From the NCBI GenBank assembly GCA_963695095.1, contig CAVOFT010000001.1, positions 1,824,001-1,888,000 of the forward strand: a stretch of 64,000 nt of DNA, in the 5' to 3' direction. Origin of the DNA: an uncultured bacterium. Lineage in GTDB: Bacteria > Krumholzibacteriota > Krumholzibacteriia > JACNKJ01. Every line of letters begins with the position of its first letter. Position 1 is the stretch's first letter. The notes beneath the pieces were generated by a model. It was not told where the DNA came from. It saw nothing but the letters and a program-made list of their open reading frames with translations, and made no database searches. A program made the translations under genes and the position numbers. Shown in pieces: positions 48,672 to 58,526 of this stretch.

Positions 48672-49299
48672 AGTCGCCGCCGAGCGCCTCTACCTGGAGG
48701 ACTTCGCCCGCCATGGCGTGGACGCCGAGCTGGCGCACTGGGAGCGTCAGGAAGCCTTCGGCGACATCCGCGCGCGCATCCTGGCAGAAGGGCACGCGCA
48801 GGGCCGGCGGGAGGCGGCGGCGGTGGCCGCGGCCGAGCGGGAGGCGCTGATCAGCGGTCCCCTGGCGGCCCTGGACCGCCTGGTCGCCGGCCTCGGCGCC
48901 GAACGCGTCGCCTTCCAGCGCGAGCACGAGCGCGAACTGCTGCGGCTCGCATTCGCCATCGCCCACCGCCTGCTGCGGGCCGAGCTGCGCAGCAACCCGG
49001 CCGTGCTGGAGGGCAAGCTGCGCGAGTTGCTGGCGCAGCTCGAGGAGGCGGCGGCCTACCGCGTCCTCGTCAATCCTGCCGATCTGGTTGCTGCGAGCGC
49101 GCTGCTGGCCGCCGAAGGGAGGACGCTGTTCGGCGAGTCGCCCTGGGTGCTCAAGCCGGATCCGCGCCTGCCCGCGGGAGCGATCGCCCTGGAAGGGGAC
49201 GCGGCGCGGCTGGAGTCCATCTGCAGCGACGAACTCACCAAGCTGGAGCAACAGCTCGAAGCGGATCTGCTCGCAGCGGAGGCCGAACATGGCGCTTGA
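48664..49299 (+). CDS. fliH: FliH
   Basis: GxxxG-like segment, LAFAIAHRLL, VLVNPADL, DPRLPAG; lies between fliG and fliI. TTG start inferred from GGAGGG. Confidence 0.8.
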   Translation: MSEVAAERLYLEDFARHGVDAELAHWERQEAFGDIRARILAEGHAQGRREAAAVAAAEREALISGPLAALDRLVAGLGAERVAFQREHERELLRLAFAIAHRLLRAELRSNPAVLEGKLRELLAQLEEAAAYRVLVNPADLVAASALLAAEGRTLFGESPWVLKPDPRLPAGAIALEGDAARLESICSDELTKLEQQLEADLLAAEAEHGA

Positions 49300-50602
49300 T
49301 CTGCAGCGGGCCGTGGCCAGCGTGGCGACCAGCGATCCCCTGCGGCGGGTCGGCCGGGTCAGCCGGGTAGTCGGCCTTCTGATCGAGGCCGCCGGCGCGC
49401 CGGCGTCGGTGGGGGAACTTTGCCGCATCGAGACGAGTGGCGGCTTCCTGCCGGCCGAGGTCGTCGGCTTCCAGGACGGCCGCCTGCTGTTGATGCCGTA
49501 CCGGGCCATTGCCGGCGTGCGTCCCGGCGACCGCGTGCTGCCCAGCGGCCGCTCCCTGCGGGTGGGTGTGGGGGAAGGCCTGATCGGGCGGGTCCTGGAT
49601 GGCCTGGGGCGGGTAATCGACGGCGGCGAGCCGCCCTGGTTGCGCGAGGAGCGCAGCGTGCAGGCGCTGGCGCCGGCGGCGCTCTCGCGGCGGCCGATCA
49701 GCGCGCAGCTCATCACCGGCATTCGGGCCATCGACGGGTTGCTCGGCCTCGGCGAAGGGCAGCGGCTCGGCATCTTCGCCGGCAGCGGGGTGGGCAAGAG
49801 CGTCCTGCTCGGCATGCTGGCGCGCCGCGCCGAAGCGGACGTCATCGTGCTCGCCTTGATCGGCGAGCGCGGGCGCGAAGTGGGGGAGTTCCTCGCCCAG
49901 GATCTCGGCGAGGAGGGCCGGGCGCGCTCGGTGGTGATCGCCGTGACCAGCGACGCCTCGGCCCTGGAGAAGATCAAGGGCGCCGAGCTCGCCTTCGCCG
50001 TCGCCGAGCACTTCCGCGATCGCGGCCAGCGCGTACTGCTGATGATGGACTCGCTGACCCGCTACGCGATGGCCCTGCGCGAGATCGGCCTGGCCACCGG
50101 CGAACCGCCGGCCAGCAAGGGCTACACGCCCAGCGTGTTCGCTGCCTTGCCGCGCCTGCTCGAGCGCGCAGGGAGCGCCGCGCGCGGCACGATCACCGGG
50201 CTCTTCACGGTGCTGGTCGAGGGCGATGACATGGGCGACCCGGTGGCCGATACCGCGCGCTCCATTCTCGACGGCCACATCCTGCTCAGCCGCCGCCTGG
50301 CGACGGGCGGGCATTACCCGGCCATCGACGTGCTGGAGTCCGTCAGCCGCCTCTTCAGCGCCGTCGTGCCGGCGGCCGAGCTGGAGCAGGCGCGCAGCCT
50401 GATGGCGGCCATGGCGCTCTATCGCGAGAATGAAGACCTCATCCAGATCGGCGCCTATCCGGCCGGCAGCAGCGCCGAGATCGATCGGGCGATCGCCCTG
50501 CGTCCCGGCTGGCAGCAGTTCCTGCGGCAGGGCCGCGATGAGCACAGCGACCTGGCTAGCACGCGCCGCACGCTCGCCGCTCTGCTGGCGGCAGGCGCCT
50601 GA
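49289..50602 (+). CDS. fliI: Export ATPase FliI
   Basis: GQRLGIFAGSGVGKS, LIGERGREV, DSLTRYAMALREIGL, DGHILLSR. Confidence 0.97.
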   Translation: MALDLQRAVASVATSDPLRRVGRVSRVVGLLIEAAGAPASVGELCRIETSGGFLPAEVVGFQDGRLLLMPYRAIAGVRPGDRVLPSGRSLRVGVGEGLIGRVLDGLGRVIDGGEPPWLREERSVQALAPAALSRRPISAQLITGIRAIDGLLGLGEGQRLGIFAGSGVGKSVLLGMLARRAEADVIVLALIGERGREVGEFLAQDLGEEGRARSVVIAVTSDASALEKIKGAELAFAVAEHFRDRGQRVLLMMDSLTRYAMALREIGLATGEPPASKGYTPSVFAALPRLLERAGSAARGTITGLFTVLVEGDDMGDPVADTARSILDGHILLSRRLATGGHYPAIDVLESVSRLFSAVVPAAELEQARSLMAAMALYRENEDLIQIGAYPAGSSAEIDRAIALRPGWQQFLRQGRDEHSDLASTRRTLAALLAAGA

Positions 50603-51075
50603 TGGCGCCTTTCCGGTTTCGGCTCGAGACGCTGCTGCGCCTGCGCGTACGCGCGGAGCAGGAGGCGGCGCGGGCCGCTGCGCGCTGCGAGCAGCTCCTG
50701 CGCCAGGCCCTCGGCGAGCGCGACGCGCTCCTCGCCGCGCGCCACCAGCTGCTCCTGTACCGCGACGGCCTGCAGCTTCATCGCGTCGAGCCGGCCCGGC
50801 TGCGCGAGAACCACTATCAGATCGTTGCCGTCGAGCGGGCCTTGCCCGGCGCGGACCGGCGCCTGGCCGGCCGGCAGCGCGAGCTGCAGGCTGCGCGCTC
50901 CGAGCTGACGGAGCGCAGCCGCGACCGCAAGCTCCTGGAGAAGCTCGCCGAACGGCAGCTGGCGGAGCAGCGAGCACTGGAGGCGGGGCGCGAGCGGCGG
51001 CTGCAGGACGAACGTCCCCTGCCGAGGCATGGCATGGCGATTGCGTTGCGCGCCCTGAGCGCGGACGGAAGGTGA
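50602..51075 (+). CDS. fliJ: FliJ
   Basis: FRFRLETLLRLR...KLLEKL...QDE; follows fliI. Confidence 0.88.
   Translation: MAPFRFRLETLLRLRVRAEQEAARAAARCEQLLRQALGERDALLAARHQLLLYRDGLQLHRVEPARLRENHYQIVAVERALPGADRRLAGRQRELQAARSELTERSRDRKLLEKLAERQLAEQRALEAGRERRLQDERPLPRHGMAIALRALSADGR
51030..51045 (+). promoter_or_regulatory. Internal sigma54 promoter in the fliJ 3' end, ahead of motE-like, fliK, flgD and flgE
   Basis: TGGCAT-GGCGA-TTGCG, 35 nt before the next ATG. Confidence 0.7.
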
Positions 51076-51079
51076 CACT

Positions 51080-51616
51080 ATGCGATCGGTCGTTCTCTTC
51101 AGCTTCTTGAGCTTTTTCGTCATCTTCTCGGCGACCTTCGTGGTGACGGGCGTCTTCCAGGGGCTCAAGGCGGCCTACGGCGCACGGCACGATGAGGCGG
51201 CCAGCGCCGCGAGTCCCGATTCGCTGAGCCTGGAGCGGCAATCCTTGCAGGCCCGCGCTGCGGATCTTTCCCGCCGCGAGGGTGAGATGGAGGATCTGCA
51301 GGAGAGCCTGGAGCTGGAGCGGGCGGTGCTCAACGAGGAATTCAACAAGCTGAGCGGCCTGCGCTCGGGCATTGCGCAGGCGGCGGGAGAGGTCGAGACG
51401 GCGCGTGCCCACAGCTTGAAGAAGCTGTCCAAGGTCTACGAGGCGATGCCGCCCAAGGACGCCGCCGCCATTCTCAGCGGGATGGATGTGGACATCGTGC
51501 TCGAGGTGCTCCGCAACATGAAGGAGCGCCCGGCGGCCCAGGTGCTGGCGGCGCTGGATCCCGGACGGGCCGCAGCGCTCAGCAACATGCTCAGCGCGCA
51601 GAAGGAGCAGCGATGA
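51080..51616 (+). CDS. MotE/YlxF/FlbB-like protein (TM, coiled coil, MgtE_N-like domain)
   Basis: KLSKVYEAMPPKDAAAIL...MKERPAAQVLAALDPGRAA; located between fliJ and fliK. Confidence 0.85.
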   Translation: MRSVVLFSFLSFFVIFSATFVVTGVFQGLKAAYGARHDEAASAASPDSLSLERQSLQARAADLSRREGEMEDLQESLELERAVLNEEFNKLSGLRSGIAQAAGEVETARAHSLKKLSKVYEAMPPKDAAAILSGMDVDIVLEVLRNMKERPAAQVLAALDPGRAAALSNMLSAQKEQR

Positions 51617-53217
51617 ACCTCATGAGCCTGCTCGGCCTGGGCAGCGAGGGCCACGCGGCGGCGGGCGAGCCGAGCAAGTCGGCGATGGGCGGGACGGGCG
51701 AGCGCTTCCAGGCGCTGCTCGTCGGCGCGCTCGGCGAGGCGGGCGAGCCGGTAGGGGCTGATGCGCCAGTGGCGGCCGCCCTGCCGGGCGAAGCGACAGG
51801 CGCGGTCGAGGGGGAGCCCTTGCCGGAGACCGCCCGGGAGGACGCCGTTGACGAGCTGATGACGACGGCTCTGGAGCTCGGGGCACTACCCGATCCTCCA
51901 GCCGAAGAGCAGCGGCCGCCGATCGCCTGGGCCGCTCTGGCCGGCACGCTCGTGGCGGCGGCTCCGCAGCCCGCCTCCGTCGCGAGCGCGCTGGGCATGC
52001 CGGGCGCGCCGGGGGCCAGCGCTCTGACGCAGGCGATGGCTCCGGCCGAACTCGCCCTCACGGAGCGCGAGGCTCCGGGCATGTACTCCCTGGGGGCGTC
52101 CTTGCCGGGCGACGCAGCGCCGAGCGCCGCCGATCTCCCCTTCCTGGGGAACCCGACAGCCGCAGAGAACCCGGCGGCGCCTTCAGTGGCGGCGATGGCG
52201 CCCAGCACTGTCCCGGCCCTCGCGGCGGCGGCAGCCCAGGAGCCGACCGGCGGCCCAGGTCCCGCCGAGCAACTCGCCGCCGAGACGGCCGCCCCAGAGG
52301 CCGGCGCACTGGCAGGCGCAGCCGTGGCGGGGGCCACGGCGGCAGCGGCGCAGGGGGCGCCGCCGGCGGGCAGCCCGCGGGCCGCGGCGAAGAGCGAGGA
52401 GGGTGGCAAGGACATGCCCGCAGCGCCCCTGCCGGCGCGCGAGAGCGCTGGCCGGGGCATTGCCCAAGCGGCGGGTCTGACCGAGAGCGCCAGACCGGTT
52501 CCGGCCGCGCCCAGACCGGCGTCACCCGCGCCGGGGGGCGCGGCAGCGGCGGCCCCCGTGGCGGAGCCGACAGCCGGCGGGGCGGACTCCGCCCCGGCCA
52601 GCCTTCCCGCGGTCCCGGTCGTGGCCAGCGCGCCGGCCGGCGACGAGAGCTGGTCAGCAGCGGAGCCCACCGGCGATGAGCCCGCCCAGCCGCGCGAAGC
52701 GATCGGGATGCTGCAGCCGAAGGCGGCCGCCGGTCGCCTGCAAGCGGCCAGCCTGGAGGGCGGGGCCGCTGCTCCGGAGCCCAGTCTGCGCAGCGCGGAA
52801 GTGCCCGAGCGCGCCTTGCGCATCTTGCGCGAGCTGCGCGCCGACGGCGCGCAGCAGTATCGCGCGGAGCTGCGGCTCGATCCACCGGGGCTGGGTCGAG
52901 TCCGCATCGATTTCGAGTTGATCGTGAAGGGCGAAGGCGATGCGCAGCACGCGCTGACGCGCATCACGGTCGAGACCGCGGCCGCGCACGAGCAGCTGCA
53001 GGCAGAGCTACCGCGCATTCGCGCCCTGCTCGCGGAGCAGGGCCTGGGCGGGGCCGAAGTCGAGCTGCATCTGCGCCAGGGCCAGGGCCAGGGCGCCCAT
53101 GAACAGCAAGCCCAGCGCTCGCCCTGGCAGCGCGCCGAGAAGGGCGAGCACGAACTGGGCAGCCGCCAGCTCGGGTGGCGAAGCACTCACGACGGATTGA
53201 TCGACCTGCGGGCTTAA
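51613..53217 (+). CDS. fliK: Hook-length control protein FliK
   Basis: Long Ala/Pro-rich region; C-terminal LRLDPPGLGRVRI...LQAELPRIRALLAEQGL; upstream of flgD. Confidence 0.88.
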   Translation: MNLMSLLGLGSEGHAAAGEPSKSAMGGTGERFQALLVGALGEAGEPVGADAPVAAALPGEATGAVEGEPLPETAREDAVDELMTTALELGALPDPPAEEQRPPIAWAALAGTLVAAAPQPASVASALGMPGAPGASALTQAMAPAELALTEREAPGMYSLGASLPGDAAPSAADLPFLGNPTAAENPAAPSVAAMAPSTVPALAAAAAQEPTGGPGPAEQLAAETAAPEAGALAGAAVAGATAAAAQGAPPAGSPRAAAKSEEGGKDMPAAPLPARESAGRGIAQAAGLTESARPVPAAPRPASPAPGGAAAAAPVAEPTAGGADSAPASLPAVPVVASAPAGDESWSAAEPTGDEPAQPREAIGMLQPKAAAGRLQAASLEGGAAAPEPSLRSAEVPERALRILRELRADGAQQYRAELRLDPPGLGRVRIDFELIVKGEGDAQHALTRITVETAAAHEQLQAELPRIRALLAEQGLGGAEVELHLRQGQGQGAHEQQAQRSPWQRAEKGEHELGSRQLGWRSTHDGLIDLRA

Positions 53218-53227
53218 GGAGGCAGCG

Positions 53228-53947
53228 ATGGCGACGACGATCGCGGACATCGGCTTGAACTCGGCGCCGACCGGTAGCGGCATTGCCACGGGCAGCGCGG
53301 AGCTCGGCAAAGAGCAGTTCCTCCAGCTCCTGGTGACGCAGCTGCAGCACCAGAACCCGCTGGAACCCACGACGAACGAGGACTTCATCGCGCAGCTCGC
53401 GACCTTTGCCAGCCTCGAGCAGCTGCAGGACATCAACACGGGGACCAGGACCGGCCTGCTCATGCAGCAGAGCGTGACGAATGCGCTGTCGACCGGCCTG
53501 ATCGGCAAGGACGTGCTCATCGACACCAGCACGGTATCGGTCGCCAGAGGCGCGGCGAGCCAGTTCGTCGTGGACCTCGACGGCGAGGCCATCGTGACCG
53601 TCAAGGTCACGAACGCGGATGGCGATACCGTGCGCACCCTCGAAATCAGCGACGACGGGGGATTGCCCCTCGCGGCGGGCGAGCACCAGTTCACCTGGGA
53701 CGGCAAAGACGATAACGGCGTCGCCGTGCCGGACGGCGATTACACGATCAGCGTCACGGCGGCCGACGCCGAAGGCGCGGCGGTCGGCGCGAGCACCTGG
53801 CTGCGGGGGCATGTGGCCGGGGTGCGCTTCTCGGAAGGCATCGCCTACGTGATCGTAGGGGAAATGGAATTCAACCTCGCGGACGTGATCGAGGTCCGGG
53901 AGGCAATCGCCGCAGCGCTCACGAGCGCGACGACGACGGCGGGCTAG
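53228..53947 (+). CDS. flgD: Hook cap protein FlgD
   Basis: LGKEQFLQLLVTQLQHQNPLEP, AQLATFASLEQ, FTWDGKD. Confidence 0.96.
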   Translation: MATTIADIGLNSAPTGSGIATGSAELGKEQFLQLLVTQLQHQNPLEPTTNEDFIAQLATFASLEQLQDINTGTRTGLLMQQSVTNALSTGLIGKDVLIDTSTVSVARGAASQFVVDLDGEAIVTVKVTNADGDTVRTLEISDDGGLPLAAGEHQFTWDGKDDNGVAVPDGDYTISVTAADAEGAAVGASTWLRGHVAGVRFSEGIAYVIVGEMEFNLADVIEVREAIAAALTSATTTAG

Positions 53948-53994
53948 CACACCAGGCAATCGCACGAGGCAAGTACTTCGAGGGAGGTCAGAGC

Positions 53995-56067
53995 ATGCTG
54001 AGGAGTCTCTTCGCGGGCGTGTCGGGGCTGATCAATCACCAGACCAAGCTGGATGTGATCGGCAACAACATCGCTAACATCAACACGATCGGCTTCAAGA
54101 CGGGGCGCGTCTCATTCCAGGAGATGCTGAACCAGACCGTGCGCGGCTCGAGCCGCCCGGGCGCCGGTCTCGGCGGCACCAATGCCATCCAGGTCGGCCT
54201 CGGCATGACGGTGGCTTCCATCGACACCCTGCAGACGCAGGGCAACCTGCAGGCCACGGGCAACATGTTCGACATGGCCTTCCAGGGCGACGGCTTCTTC
54301 GTGGTCAAGTCGGGCGAGTCGCTCAGCTTCACCCGCGCCGGCAACTTCGCGATCGACGGCTTCGGCAATCTCGTTCATCAGTCCAGCGGCTCCATCCTCC
54401 AGGGCTATCTGCCGGACGATGCCGGCGAGATCCGCGAGAGCAGCACGCTGTCGGACATCATCGTCGATCGCTCGCGCGTGGTGCGCGCCTCCGCCTCGAG
54501 CTACATCGGGCTGACCGGCAATCTGAAAGCCGATGCCGAAGCGCTGCCGACGATCACCGAGTCCGGCCGCTTCCTCAAGCTGGCGGCGGCCGACACGGCG
54601 CTCGTGGATCTGTCCCAGCAAACCTTCGGCAGGGACCTCAATGTCCGCGCCGGGGACGTGATCAGCATCAGCGGTCTGATCGACACCGACATCATCAACG
54701 GCAACCTGGTCGTCGACGGCAACACCGATCTCCAGGACGTGATGGACTTTCTGAACGCCGCGATCACCGCCGTCAACCCGACCTACCCGCCGGGCTCGGT
54801 GACCCTGGTCGACGGCAACATCACGATCAGCGGCCATCCGGCGGCGGGCAACGACATCCATGACCTGCGCCTGAGCGTCAACGGCAATCCCGATTTCAAC
54901 TCCGCCTTCACCTTTCCCTCGCTGATCACCGGCGGCATGGGCGACGTCGCGGTCATGAACCAGACGATGATGCAGGCCGCGGATACCGGTGATCTGCTCA
55001 TCGACCTCTACAACGGCGATGGCGAACCGCTCGACGGCCCCGACAGCGAGTACAGCATTCTGGACACCGTCCTCAGCTTGCAGGCCTATGTCGGCGGCGA
55101 GGCCCATGCGCCCAGCAACTTCACCGTCACCGGCGCGACGACCCTGCAGGACCTGATGAACGCGCTGCAGGCGGTGACAGGCATCTCCGATTACGGGGAC
55201 GCCGGCATCACGTTGACGAATGAGGGCGCCATCCGCATCGAGGGCAACCCGGGCCTGGACAATTCGCTCGACAGCATCGCAATCGGCGATGCCAGCTCGA
55301 CGACCACCTTCGGCAACACCTTCCTCTTCGCGGAGATCCAGGGCGCCAAGGACGCGGAGATGCATCCGGTGAGCGTCGATGTCTACGACAGCGTCGGCAT
55401 GAAGCACCACCTGACGATCTCCTTCCGCAAGCCGTCCTCGGATGCGGGCAACATCGAATGGTACTGGGAGGCCGAGATCGACGGCACCAGCCAGATCCTG
55501 ACCGGAGATCGCGGCAGCCTCATCTTCAGTCCCGACGGCGAGCTGGTGAGCTTCTCCTTCGATGACGGCAGCGGCTCGCTGCGCATCGATCCCGGCAACG
55601 GCGCCAGCCCCATCGACCTGCAGATCCGCACGGCGATCGGTTCGAGCTCGCTGACGCAGACCGCCGGCGCATCGACCGCGAAGATCGTGGCCGTCGACGG
55701 CTACGCCTCGGGCATCCTCGAGAGCGTTCTCGTCGACGAGCGCGGCGTCATCGTCGGCCAGTTCTCCAATGGCGTCTCGGAGGACCTGGCGCAGATCGCG
55801 GTGGCCCAGTTCTCCAACTCCGCCGGCCTGGTCCGCCAGGGCAGCAACCTGTACTCGGAAAGCTCGAATTCGGGGCGCTCGCTGATCGGCACGATCAGTG
55901 GCTCCGTCGTGAATCGGATCACGCCGGGAGCGCTGGAGATGAGCAATGTCAATCTGGCGCAGGAGTTCACGGAGATGATCACGGCGCAGCGGGGCTTCCA
56001 GGCCAGCGCGCGCATCATCAGCACGGGCGACGAGATGCTCACCGAACTGGTGAACATCAAGCGCTAG
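53995..56067 (+). CDS. flgE: Hook protein FlgE (690 aa, extended)
   Basis: MLRSLFAGVSGL, IGNNIANINTIGFK, TRAGNF, VYDSVG, LEMSNVNLAQEFTEMITAQRGFQA. Confidence 0.96.
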   Translation: MLRSLFAGVSGLINHQTKLDVIGNNIANINTIGFKTGRVSFQEMLNQTVRGSSRPGAGLGGTNAIQVGLGMTVASIDTLQTQGNLQATGNMFDMAFQGDGFFVVKSGESLSFTRAGNFAIDGFGNLVHQSSGSILQGYLPDDAGEIRESSTLSDIIVDRSRVVRASASSYIGLTGNLKADAEALPTITESGRFLKLAAADTALVDLSQQTFGRDLNVRAGDVISISGLIDTDIINGNLVVDGNTDLQDVMDFLNAAITAVNPTYPPGSVTLVDGNITISGHPAAGNDIHDLRLSVNGNPDFNSAFTFPSLITGGMGDVAVMNQTMMQAADTGDLLIDLYNGDGEPLDGPDSEYSILDTVLSLQAYVGGEAHAPSNFTVTGATTLQDLMNALQAVTGISDYGDAGITLTNEGAIRIEGNPGLDNSLDSIAIGDASSTTTFGNTFLFAEIQGAKDAEMHPVSVDVYDSVGMKHHLTISFRKPSSDAGNIEWYWEAEIDGTSQILTGDRGSLIFSPDGELVSFSFDDGSGSLRIDPGNGASPIDLQIRTAIGSSSLTQTAGASTAKIVAVDGYASGILESVLVDERGVIVGQFSNGVSEDLAQIAVAQFSNSAGLVRQGSNLYSESSNSGRSLIGTISGSVVNRITPGALEMSNVNLAQEFTEMITAQRGFQASARIISTGDEMLTELVNIKR

Positions 56068-56088
56068 CGACGCAAGGGGTAGGCGTCC

Positions 56089-56328
56089 ATGATCCAGCTC
56101 ACGAAGCTGAACGGGCAGGTGATCGCAGTCAACGCGGATCTCATCGAGATGATGGAGGAGACCCCGGATTGCCTGCTCTTTCTGACCACGGGCCGCAAGC
56201 TGATGGTCCGCGAACGCATCAGCGCGGTGCGCGAGGCGATCATGGCCTACCGGCGCGAACTGGGGCGGGCCTATCCGATTCCGGCGGGGGGCCCGGACTA
56301 CAATCCGGTGGACGTGGACGGCGACTAA
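56089..56328 (+). CDS. flbD: FlbD/SwrD-family small flagellar protein
   Basis: MIQLTKLNG...VNADLIEMMEETPD...GRKLMVRE. Confidence 0.92.
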   Translation: MIQLTKLNGQVIAVNADLIEMMEETPDCLLFLTTGRKLMVRERISAVREAIMAYRRELGRAYPIPAGGPDYNPVDVDGD

Positions 56329-56468
56329 GGCGCCACTGGCCAGGAACGAGTCAGGCGCGGGCGGCGGCAGCCGCCGAGCAGGGCGGATCGCGCGCGCCGG
56401 CGAACTGCCGCCGCGACCGGGCGCCCCGGATAGCAAGGCTGCCGGCGACGCGGCCATAAGGGAGAGAA

Positions 56469-57032
56469 ATGGTTGACGAAGCAAGAGATACGCAAGACGA
56501 GGCGACGACTGCGGCTCCCGAGCCGGCCAAGCGCCGGCGCCTGCCACGCAAGGCGCTGCTCCTGGCCGGTATCGCCCTGGCCCAGCTGGGGATGGCGCTC
56601 GCCCTGGCACATTTCGTGATCCTGCCTCGGCTGCCGGCGGCCGCCGGCAGCGCGGCCGAGCCGACAGCGCATGGCGAGAAGGCCGCGCACGGCGGCGAGG
56701 GCAAGCACGGCGAGAGCGCCGCGGGTGAACGCGGCACGATCGTGCTCATGGAGAATGTCGTCGTGAATCTTCAAGGCGAGGAGCGCACGCACTTCCTCAA
56801 GGTGGCGCCCGGCCTGGAAGTCGCCGACGCCCACGCGGCCGCCGAGATCGAGGAGCGGATGCCCGAGCTGCGCGATCTGGTCATCAGTCACTTCGCCAGC
56901 CGCGGCGTGGCCGAGGTGATCGGCCGCGAAGGACGCGAGCAGGTGAAGCAGGAACTGCTGGCGGACATCAACAACCGGCTGCTGCACACCAAGGTGTTGA
57001 ATATCTACTTCAGCGACTTCGTCGTGCAGTAG
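56469..57032 (+). CDS. fliL: FliL
   Basis: N-terminal TM; VVNL, LRDLVI, GREQVKQEL, IYFSDFVVQ. Confidence 0.94.
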   Translation: MVDEARDTQDEATTAAPEPAKRRRLPRKALLLAGIALAQLGMALALAHFVILPRLPAAAGSAAEPTAHGEKAAHGGEGKHGESAAGERGTIVLMENVVVNLQGEERTHFLKVAPGLEVADAHAAAEIEERMPELRDLVISHFASRGVAEVIGREGREQVKQELLADINNRLLHTKVLNIYFSDFVVQ

Positions 57033-57047
57033 GAGGGAGCGGAAGCG

Positions 57048-58107
57048 GTGATCGACGAGGAGCAGGCAGGCAGTGACGTGCAGGCGCCCGCGGCCGGGCC
57101 GCCGGCGCTCGTGGAAGAGACGGCCGCCGAGGCGCTCGGCGCCGCCGTGCGTTCGCGCCGGGGGCGCGATGTGCCGGCCTTGCCCTACGACTTCAGCCGG
57201 CCGATCCAGCTCTCCAAGGGCTTTTCCCGCAGCCTGACCATCGTCGGCGAGTCCTACGCCAAGCTGCTCAGCCTGTCGCTCAGCAACTACCTGCGGATCC
57301 CGCTCAGCGTGACCGCGCAAGGCGTCCGCCAGGTGCTCTTCGAGGAGCACACGGGCGGCATTGCCAGCCCGAGCTGCATCAGCATCGTCTCGCTGGCGCC
57401 GATCAAGACGCCGGCCATGATCACGATCGACGTCGGTCTCGTGTTCGCGATGATCGAGAAGATGCTTGGCAGCGCCACCGTGCAGGCCGACGTGCGGCGT
57501 GAGTTCACCGCGATCGAGGAGCGCATCGCCCGCAAGATCGTCCAGCGCATGCTCAGCGACCTGCAGGAGGCCATGCAGCGCATCCTCAGCGTGGAGGCCG
57601 GGCTGACCGCCATCGAGCACAATCCGGACTACACCTACATCATGAACGCAAACGACCCCTGCCTCCTGCTACCTTTCGGCGTGGAGCTGGGCGAGTTCAC
57701 GGGCGAAATGAGCGTCTGCATCTCGCTGTCGGCCCTGGATGCCGAGCTGGGCGGCGAAGGCGCGTCGCCCGTTCCGGGACGCTCGCAACGAGCATGAGCG
57801 GCGCGAGGACGGCCAGCGCCTGTCCTTGATCCTGGACAGCACGCGCACCGAGGTGGTCGCGGAACTGGCCCGCCTCCCCGTGAGCGTCGCGCAATTGCGG
57901 AAACTCGAAGCGGGTGGCGTGCTCAGCCTGCGCAAGCAAGTGGATGAACCGCTCAAGGTGATGGTGGGCGGCTGCCCGCTCTTCCTCGCCACGATGGGCC
58001 GCTACAAGAGCAAGTCGGCGATCAAGATCACGCGCGTCCTGCGGCCGCGGGAGAACCCGCTGGGGGGCACGCTGGAGCAGCAACCGAAGAGCGAGGGCAA
58101 GCGATGA
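57048..58107 (+). pseudogene. fliM: C-ring protein FliM, split by a +1 frameshift near 57768-57770
   Basis: YDFSRP...REFTAIE middle domain in 57048-57797; the SPOA domain (LRKLEAGGVL...MGRYKSKSAIKI) continues in the +1 frame to 58107. Confidence 0.85.
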
Positions 58108-58517
58108 GCGACGAGATCACCCTGCAGGATGCCGCCGAGTCGAAGACCGCTCCGGTGCCGCCGCGGCAGCAGCCGGTCGGCAAGGCTGCCGATCTGCCTG
58201 CCTTCAGCGCCGGCATGGACAGCAAGCCGACCGCTGGTGTCGGCGAGTCGCGCGGCGACAATCTCGCGCTGCTGCGCGATGTCAGCCTCGAACTGACGGT
58301 CGAGCTCGGCCGCACGCGGATGGCGATCGGCGAGATCGCGGAACTGGGGCAGGGCTCGATCATCGAGCTGGACAAGCTGGCAGGCGAGCCGGTGGATGTG
58401 CGCGTCAACGGCGTCCTGCTGGCCGCCGGCGAGGTGATCGTCCTCGACGACGTCTTCGGCGTGCGCATCACGCGGCTCCTGGGCCGCGTCGATCGCATGG
58501 ACACCTTCGGCGACTAG
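58104..58517 (+). CDS. fliN: FliN
   Basis: DVSLELTVELGRT, GSIIELDKLAGEPVD, GEVIV, FGVRIT. Confidence 0.96.
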   Translation: MSDEITLQDAAESKTAPVPPRQQPVGKAADLPAFSAGMDSKPTAGVGESRGDNLALLRDVSLELTVELGRTRMAIGEIAELGQGSIIELDKLAGEPVDVRVNGVLLAAGEVIVLDDVFGVRITRLLGRVDRMDTFGD

Positions 58518-58526
58518 GAGACGCAC

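Noticed and set aside
56341..56460. c-di-GMP-I (GEMM) riboswitch upstream of fliL
   Set aside because: The 3' part GATAGCAAGGCTGCCG is loosely similar, but the GGCAAA...GAAA...GACGCAAA core is missing.
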